Source: Eledone cirrhosa (taxonomy: Eukaryota). Taken from it: DNA of 64,000 nucleotides. The DNA is taken from contig OZ024743.1 in the NCBI GenBank assembly GCA_964016885.1, positions 348,440,001 to 348,504,000 of the forward strand, written 5' to 3'. Numbering within the stretch: position 1 is the first letter of the stretch; each line of letters begins with the position of its first letter. Made by a program: the position numbers and the translations under genes. Shown here piece after piece: positions 57,204 through 64,000 of this stretch. Under the pieces are notes generated by a model. It did not search any database and was not told the origin of the DNA. It saw nothing but the letters and a program-made list of their open reading frames with translations.

Positions 57204-57549
57204 TATAGAGAAAATTGAGGTTGGTAATGGCACATGGAATATATAAGAGACAGAATACTTTTTTGTGAAAAAACATAATTTTATAAGGTAAGGAAATAAT
57301 AAAGGGTATAAAAAATGACCGGTTTCGATGGGTCTGCAAAAGCCATCTTTTCAAATGTTGATTAATATGAAGAGTTAAAATTTGAGATTAATCAACATTT
57401 GAAAAGATGGCTTTTGCAGACCCATCGAAACCGGTCATTTTTTATACCCTTTATTATTTCCTTACCTTATAAAATTATGTTTTTTCACAAAAAAGTATTC
57501 TGTCTCTTATATATTCCATGTGCCATTACCAACCTCAATTTTCTCTATA
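57204..57549. repeat. Perfect inverted repeat, 163-bp arms with a 20-nt spacer
   Basis: 57204-57366 reads as the reverse complement of 57387-57549; includes the HHR-like half GATGG...CCATC-GAAACCGGTC. Confidence 0.95.
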
Positions 57550-57581
57550 ACCTTCGTTTTGTGTAGAAAATTACACTTTTC

Positions 57582-57621
<40 letters not shown>

Positions 57622-57635
57622 ATATTTATATATAC

Positions 57636-57666
<31 letters not shown>

Positions 57667-58269
57667 CACCATAGGAAATATTGGTATGACAAAAAAGAGC
57701 ATAAACAAAGAGAGGATGGGAAAACAACGAGCCCCAAAATAAATCGGTATTGTAAAAGAGAGAATTACTGTTACATTATTGAAATATATGTGATATTTCT
57801 TAGAATGTATTACTAGTAAATAGGCATCTTCGTATTTGGTGCATTACTTAATATTTGTTTTTACTTAATATTTAAAAACTCATATTATAGGGTGTGTACG
57901 GTAAAATAATTCGCTTCATAACCATATTGTTTTAGGTTCGGTCACGCCGCCTGACAACTTGCATGTGTAAACACCATTAATTAATATAGAAATGGCTCCT
58001 ACAAGACTAGAACTGTTTCATTAATATGAAATCACCAGTAATGCCAAGTGACACAGAGAGTTGTTGATACTTCTACTTTTCAAATTGGTTGGGGATGGTG
58101 GTGGTGGTGGTAGTGGTTTTGGGACCGTATATTAAGGAGCAGGTATGTAGCAGTGGATTAGATGGGGTGCGAGAAGATGTATGAGGCGGGTTAGAAATGA
58201 AGATTCTTTGAGTAGATGGAAAATAATTTCAAAAGATAGGACTCCTCATATAAGAAAACTCGCCAACTT

Positions 58270-58605
58270 CAGTATTCAGAAATCAGAAGAAGGGAGGTAG
58301 GCCTAAAATGCAAACTCATTATCTTCAATTTGGTATTCCTACAAACCCTTACCTGTGGTCATGTATCTTGTGTAGTGACCAAAATAACACGTGCGTAGCT
58401 CGGAGATCAGAGAAGCACTCCAGTTAGTGGTGCCACTTCTCAGAATTGAGAGATCACAGCTCTTATATTATGGGCATGTGTTTAGAATGTCACAGGAAAG
58501 AATCACTGGACAGATTTTATGGCCAAAACCAACTGGAAAGAAACCCAGGGGTAGACCCCTACCAAGATTGTTGGATAACATCCATGAGCTTGGATGGTCA
58601 CTCTT
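58270..58605 (+). mobile_element. RTE-type LINE 3' fragment
   Basis: RSSEIREALQLVVPLLRIERSQLLYYGHVFRMSQER...KPTGKKPRGRP. Confidence 0.85.
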
Positions 58606-60210
58606 TTGTGACGACGGAGGCGTGTGTTCTATGAAGTGCATGGACGCATCTGCTGGACAGAGCTTAGTGCTTCGTTTAGTTCGTTTTTGATTGGCATGCA
58701 GGCTATCTTGATGGGCTGGATGCTTCCGTTATTCTTCCACAAACCATTCAGGCTACCTGAGATAATCTTGGGCATGGCAGGGCAGGATCGCGCAGATAAA
58801 ACTGTTGGTGAGAAGAGTGAGCAGGCGTATCCTTGCCTTAGCAGCGTGTGGTGAGGTAAGATATCTTAGGCGGCTGGAACGCAGGCTATTCACTTCACCG
58901 CTCCTGCTCCTTTGGACGGGTCTCATGACAGTTATTACGTCTTCTCTTGACGCAGACAAGGAAAGGTTACAAGCCAGGGCTTAGACGTCCATGATGTCGA
59001 GCAGGGGAAGGGTAACGAAGCGCTACTATGACACCTGATTGGGGCGGAGTATCATCTTGCTCGATGCCAGCACTCGTAAAGCAGCCGAAACATCGCCCTC
59101 GATTGATTATGATTGGCTCACATCGAAAGTAATTAGTTTAGTTTGATTGTTGTTTGCTGAGAGTGTATGAGTATGAATTTAACGGGCGTGATTGTTTTGA
59201 TTTATGTCTAGCGTTATGTATATATGTTGGATAAGATGGAGTGTAGGTTTATAAAGAATTGTTTGAGTTCCTGCATTGTGTTGTTTTCTTGGAGTAATGT
59301 TTGTGTTAGCTTTAAAGCAATTATCGATCTAATTGTTACTACTCGCATTTTTCTTGTTACCTTTTTACATCGTTAACCACAACTCCAAGAAATGACTCGT
59401 GAAGTCTCGGCTCGATATAAGTAACTGACTTCATACAAATATGTACTATGTTTCAAAGGAAACATTAAGTCCCTTCAACGTCTTTGTCTCAACATAATCC
59501 CATGACCGGAACCAATAAAACAATACACCACAATTTATAACCACAGTAGGCCAGACACAATTGCTAAAGGCACACATAATTCCTTCAGAAACCATCTTTC
59601 ACCATTGAAATGGTTAAGTTAGATGGTTAATTTGGATCATCGGTGAGAGACAATTAAACATATGTACTTACACCTCTAAAACAAATCTAAGTATTGGCCG
59701 AAAGACGCAGGGATGTTCATAAAAAGAACTACCACGTCTCAGTTTTGTCCATGTGACGTGAATAGATATGTGTATAGCTGGAAAAACCAGTTAAAAATAA
59801 TCAACAATAAAAAGCTCGACTAACATCCTATTCGGAAGCGTATTTATATTACTAAAATGAATAAAGATGTCATGAGAAAATTACAGTCTCACGTGATATC
59901 ACCATATAGCGAACTCATAATATAAAATTTTCTGAAGCCATGAAGGAATTATGTACGAGAAAGTAAAATCGTCATTTATTGTCCGGTATGTTCCGTTTGA
60001 TATTTTTGTTAAACTTACTATACTGATAATTTGTAATTATGTATTATTACATTCTTTGCAAATTATATCCTATTTTAATGTTTGATCTATTTCTATATAT
60101 GTCATTCGCTTTTGAATTTAAATTAAGAGCTCGGAAATGTTTCTTTGAGCTCCTTTTGCGGGTGATATGGCGCGTATCTGTAATTTTCTCAGACATGACA
60201 TTTGTATTCG

Positions 60211-60279
<69 letters not shown>

Positions 60280-60389
60280 ACACCCACACATACACACATA
60301 CACACACACACCCGCACACACCCACACATACACACACCCATACACCCCCCCCCCCCACACACACATACACACACATATATGTATAAAAT

Positions 60390-60477
60390 AAAAATGGCGT
60401 AGGCATTACAATATAAACGGAGGAAACATAATAGTACCAGCGATGATGTCACAGATGTGTGACGAAAGAACTTTGAT

Positions 60478-60534
<57 letters not shown>

Positions 60535-61720
60535 GGACCGTATAAAAATCAATATACTGATTGCGGATTTAGTACGGGTGATGAGAAACGTGTCACGCAT
60601 GTGCAACCCCAAAGAACCGGAGAGGCACATACAACACTTACTCCACCGTATGCAGTTCTCTGGTTACAATCAGAGAGATAAAATCAGAGTATATAGAGGA
60701 GCCAGAACCAAATGGGAAAACATGTAATAATTATACAAATGGGACCTGCCCCTTGTATAGGAGCACATTTTGGAATAAAATAGAAAGAACTAGGAATAAG
60801 CTTAATAGAATAAACTCATGGTATGATAGCAATAAATACCAGAGTGTAATGTTCATCAATGCAGCTCCTAGAGGTGAATTAGCTTACACATTTAGAAGGG
60901 CCCTAGATAATCTTAAACTAAATATTGAGATAGTAGAAAGACGAGGTACCGCCATAAAACATTATTAGTAATACATACCCTTTTCAAAGATCTCCCTGTT
61001 TAGATAAGAAATGCATAATCTGTAAACTAAGCCACCATATTAACTGTAAAACTAGAAACATAGTATATAGCATAAGATGTACTGAAGGACAATGTAAATA
61101 TAAAATATAGTGTACATAGGTGAGACAGCTCGTAGTATAGGAGAACGATTAAATGAACACTGGCGAGAGCTTCAAGATAGAAAAGATTCATCAGTACTCC
61201 ACCAACATGCTAAAATAGAACATAAGGGCAAATTAGAGAACATAGAAATAAAAATAAAATCTACACACAGTAAAGACGCAATGTTTAGACAAATCACAGA
61301 ATGGAATAGTAACATCACAACTTACAATTAAGGACAAAATGAAAACACACACACGTAGAACAAACAACCAACCAGTAACATGTAAATAAACAAATAAATA
61401 ACACATAAAAACACACACAGCCACCCGGATGTAACACATGCGCAAACTAAGCACACGAAACACACAAACACAAGATGGCGTAGGACAGAACAAAGGAGAG
61501 GCACAAAACAAAGAGAAGAATCCCCAGTCACTGAAGAGGTCACAGAATGTGTGTCGAAATAACTTTGACAATATATGAACAAGCGTCCGGTTGTGGAACC
61601 AACCAACAAACCGGAAATTTATAAATTCTTAAATTTATAAATTTTATTTATAATAAATTGGAGTGAAAGCTAGGTGCGTGTGTTTCTTATTGGCAACATG
61701 ACCCTCCCAAAGTATAACAA
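60390..61720 (+). mobile_element. Penelope-like element (Neptune-like), 5'-truncated: RT thumb and GIY-YIG remnants plus pseudo-LTR
   Basis: ILIADLVRVMRN...RMQFSGY, YQSVMFI, IEIVERRG, CKTRNIVYSIRC, YIGETARSIGERLNEHW...SVLHQH. Pseudo-LTR at ~61330-61720 and a related upstream fragment at 60390-60482. Confidence 0.9.
61527..61569 (+). ncRNA. Type I hammerhead motif in Penelope pseudo-LTR
   Basis: GTCA-CTGAAGA-g-GTCAC-agaatgt-GTGTC-GAAA-taac-TT-TGAC; copies at 60439-60479 and 18341-18383 retain GTGAC, which restores stem II in the consensus. Confidence 0.7.
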
Positions 61721-61918
61721 TATCGGTTTCAACACACGTTTTCAGATAAAGAATCTTGCTAAACAAATTCAGAAACGAAATATATATATATATATACATA
61801 TGAAAAAGAACACAAGAGCGTCTACAACATCAAAAGATTTTTATTGGCTTATATATATATATACAAGCAAATTATAAATGTAAACATGTAAGTATGTTTT
61901 TGAAACGGTGCGCGAGTT

Positions 61919-62105
61919 TGAAAATTAGAAATTAGAAATTATAAGCTTTCACCGTATTTTAGACTAAATAAATTTCTAGCCTGATTGTGGGGTTTATAAC
62001 CCTCGGAGAAATGGAAAAAGATGAGTGTTGCCGTACATGTACGGCAACACTCATCTTTTATTTAGTCTAAAATACGGTGAAAGCTTATAATTTCTAATTT
62101 CTAAT

Positions 62106-62110
<5 letters not shown>
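61919..62110. repeat. Nested perfect fold-back: 54-bp outer arms and a 44-bp loopless palindrome
   Basis: Arms 61919-61972 and 62057-62110; AAAAGATGAGTGTTGCCGTACA|TGTACGGCAACACTCATCTTTT at 62016-62059. Confidence 0.95.
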
Positions 62111-62140
<30 letters not shown>

Positions 62141-62222
62141 AAAGTTTTATTTAAAATGGTTGGGATACAACAAGTAAATATTTTATAACTGATATAAAGC
62201 ACTCGACAAGTTTTTGGAGTAG

Positions 62223-62582
62223 ATATACGATATTAAATAAATGGAAACTATATTTATAAAACCATATTTATTTCATTATACATATTTCAGGGATACCAAA
62301 TTAAAATATGGCATGCCTTCGTCAGATAAAATACAATATATAAACAGTTTTATAAATAATTTTGACGTACCCTATTAGAAGCGACCATTATTTTTGGAAG
62401 ACAGCTTCCAAAAATAATGGTCGCTTCTAATAGGGTACGTCAAAATTATTTATAAAACTGTTTATATATTGTATTTTATCTGACGAAGGCATGCCATATT
62501 TTAATTTGGTATCCCTGAAATATGTATAATGAAATAAATATGGTTTTATAAATATAGTTTCCATTTATTTACTATCGTATAT
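62223..62582. repeat. Near-perfect inverted repeat, 178-bp arms with a 4-nt loop, derived from a Penelope pseudo-LTR
   Basis: 62223-62400 versus 62405-62582 (one mismatch seen). 62138-62372 is homologous to 42146-42380. Confidence 0.95.
62472..62536 (+). ncRNA. Type I hammerhead motif (mirror copy on the minus strand at ~62269-62333)
   Basis: TATTTTAT-CTGACGA-AGGcATGCCA-loop-TGGTATcCCT-GAAA-TATGTA-TA-ATGAAATA; AUA cleavage triplet. Confidence 0.8.
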
Positions 62583-63593
62583 ATATATATATGAAGAATT
62601 TACGTCTACTGCATTCCATACATTGCACTGATAAACACGCAGCTCTAGTAGAATATTCTTTCTCAAGGTACTACGCAGCGGAACTGAACCCAGAACCACA
62701 CGACTGCAAAGCGGTCTCTTCAACCATACACCCATGCTTAAGAATATATTTATATATTTGTTTATTTGTTCATGCCGTGTAGTTCACCTGCGAGATCACA
62801 TATGAATGGAAATAGTCTATGTTTAATTAGCCATCACTACATTAACAAATATATATATTTTTCGCCTGACACTCTTAACGATTCTGTATACTCGTATATG
62901 ATGATAAACACATGCATATATACACATAAGACTTTTACACCACTCTCGTATATACATACGTACAAATGCTCACACACACACAAATGCTCACACACACACA
63001 CACAAATATACACACTCACAGACATGCCCACACATAGGCACATAAGCACTTAGACATACAATCGCAAGAGGCATATACACATACACATACACGCAACCAT
63101 ACATACATAGGTATATATATACGCGCAAACACATAAACTCACAGGCATACATACACACAATGTTACAGATACAATAATACTCAAATATCACTGTTTCCGT
63201 GAATAGGGGTGTGGTTGAACGTACATAGGATTTAATAAGACATATGTATATACCTGTTGCTGATGTTTTACAATATGTGAATTTCGTTATTAAGAGCTTA
63301 GTAATTCGGTCACGGTTACATGCACCAATGTCAGGGTACGAACATACTACCTACGTCTTGGATAGTAAAGCCTAAAAACGACAAATTTAATCTTTCACAA
63401 ATAAACACACATATACGAACAAAATAACACATGCACGTGCGCGCACACACCCACCCACAGAGACGAATACACATAATCACACACAAAGACAGACTAATAC
63501 ACATAATCAGAGACATATATAAATATATATATATAAATATATATATATATAAATATATATATCTATATCTATATATATATATAAAACTGATGT

Positions 63594-63628
<35 letters not shown>

Positions 63629-64000
63629 TCATTTTTGCAAAGTCTATACAAATCCACATTTCTACTCCGATTGACTTCAAACTTGCATTTATATATTCGT
63701 TGCCGTCTAAAGATATTAACTGCAGCTTTTATTTTTCAATTTTCTGTTGTTAACCGGATGTTAGGTGCCGGTTATCTATCTCCGTCGCGCCATTTTATAT
63801 CTCTCTGTATTACGACATTCTGACGAATATTGATGACGTATTATGTTCGTTATTATCCGTTCATTGCCAGCGAACGTCTCCACGAACCAAAGTATCGTCT
63901 TCCTCTTTTCCTTCGGTTTCAACGTTTTTGGAAATATTTACTTCTGCGTTCACAGATTGATGTTTTTAGTTTCAGAAGATCCCGTTAAGCGTGAAAGCAA

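Noticed and set aside
58690-59110. GC-rich block with short ORFs
   Set aside because: No convincing domain; may be a LINE 5' remnant (MPKIISGSLNGL on the minus strand) but the evidence is too thin.

Overview
AT-rich, microsatellite-saturated animal genomic DNA, almost certainly an octopod cephalopod (inferred from octopus-type tRNA-derived SINEs). It looks intronic or intergenic: I find no convincing host protein-coding gene, and most track ORFs are translations of (TA)n/(CA)n/(GA)n repeats. Retroelements dominate: a 3'-truncated Tx1/L1-like LINE (8507-12640) plus four decayed relatives, a nearly full-length RTE LINE with a PHD-like Cys/His finger inside its RT region (37950-41800), other RTE and CR1 fragments, many SINEs, and at least four Penelope-like (GIY-YIG) element remnants. 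The most notable signal is non-coding. About a dozen type I hammerhead-ribozyme (HHR) motifs from several families lie in repeats that typically abut (TA)n tracts. They include a non-coding ~474-bp tandem, retrozyme-like unit with an intact minimal HHR and a recurrent CCGAUGA core variant with an extended stem II. There is also a series of fold-back palindromes (near-perfect 163- and 178-bp arms, decayed ones, and a 3.7-kb inverted structure), mostly built from these HHR-bearing termini. All coordinates and foldings were read by eye, so element boundaries are approximate.
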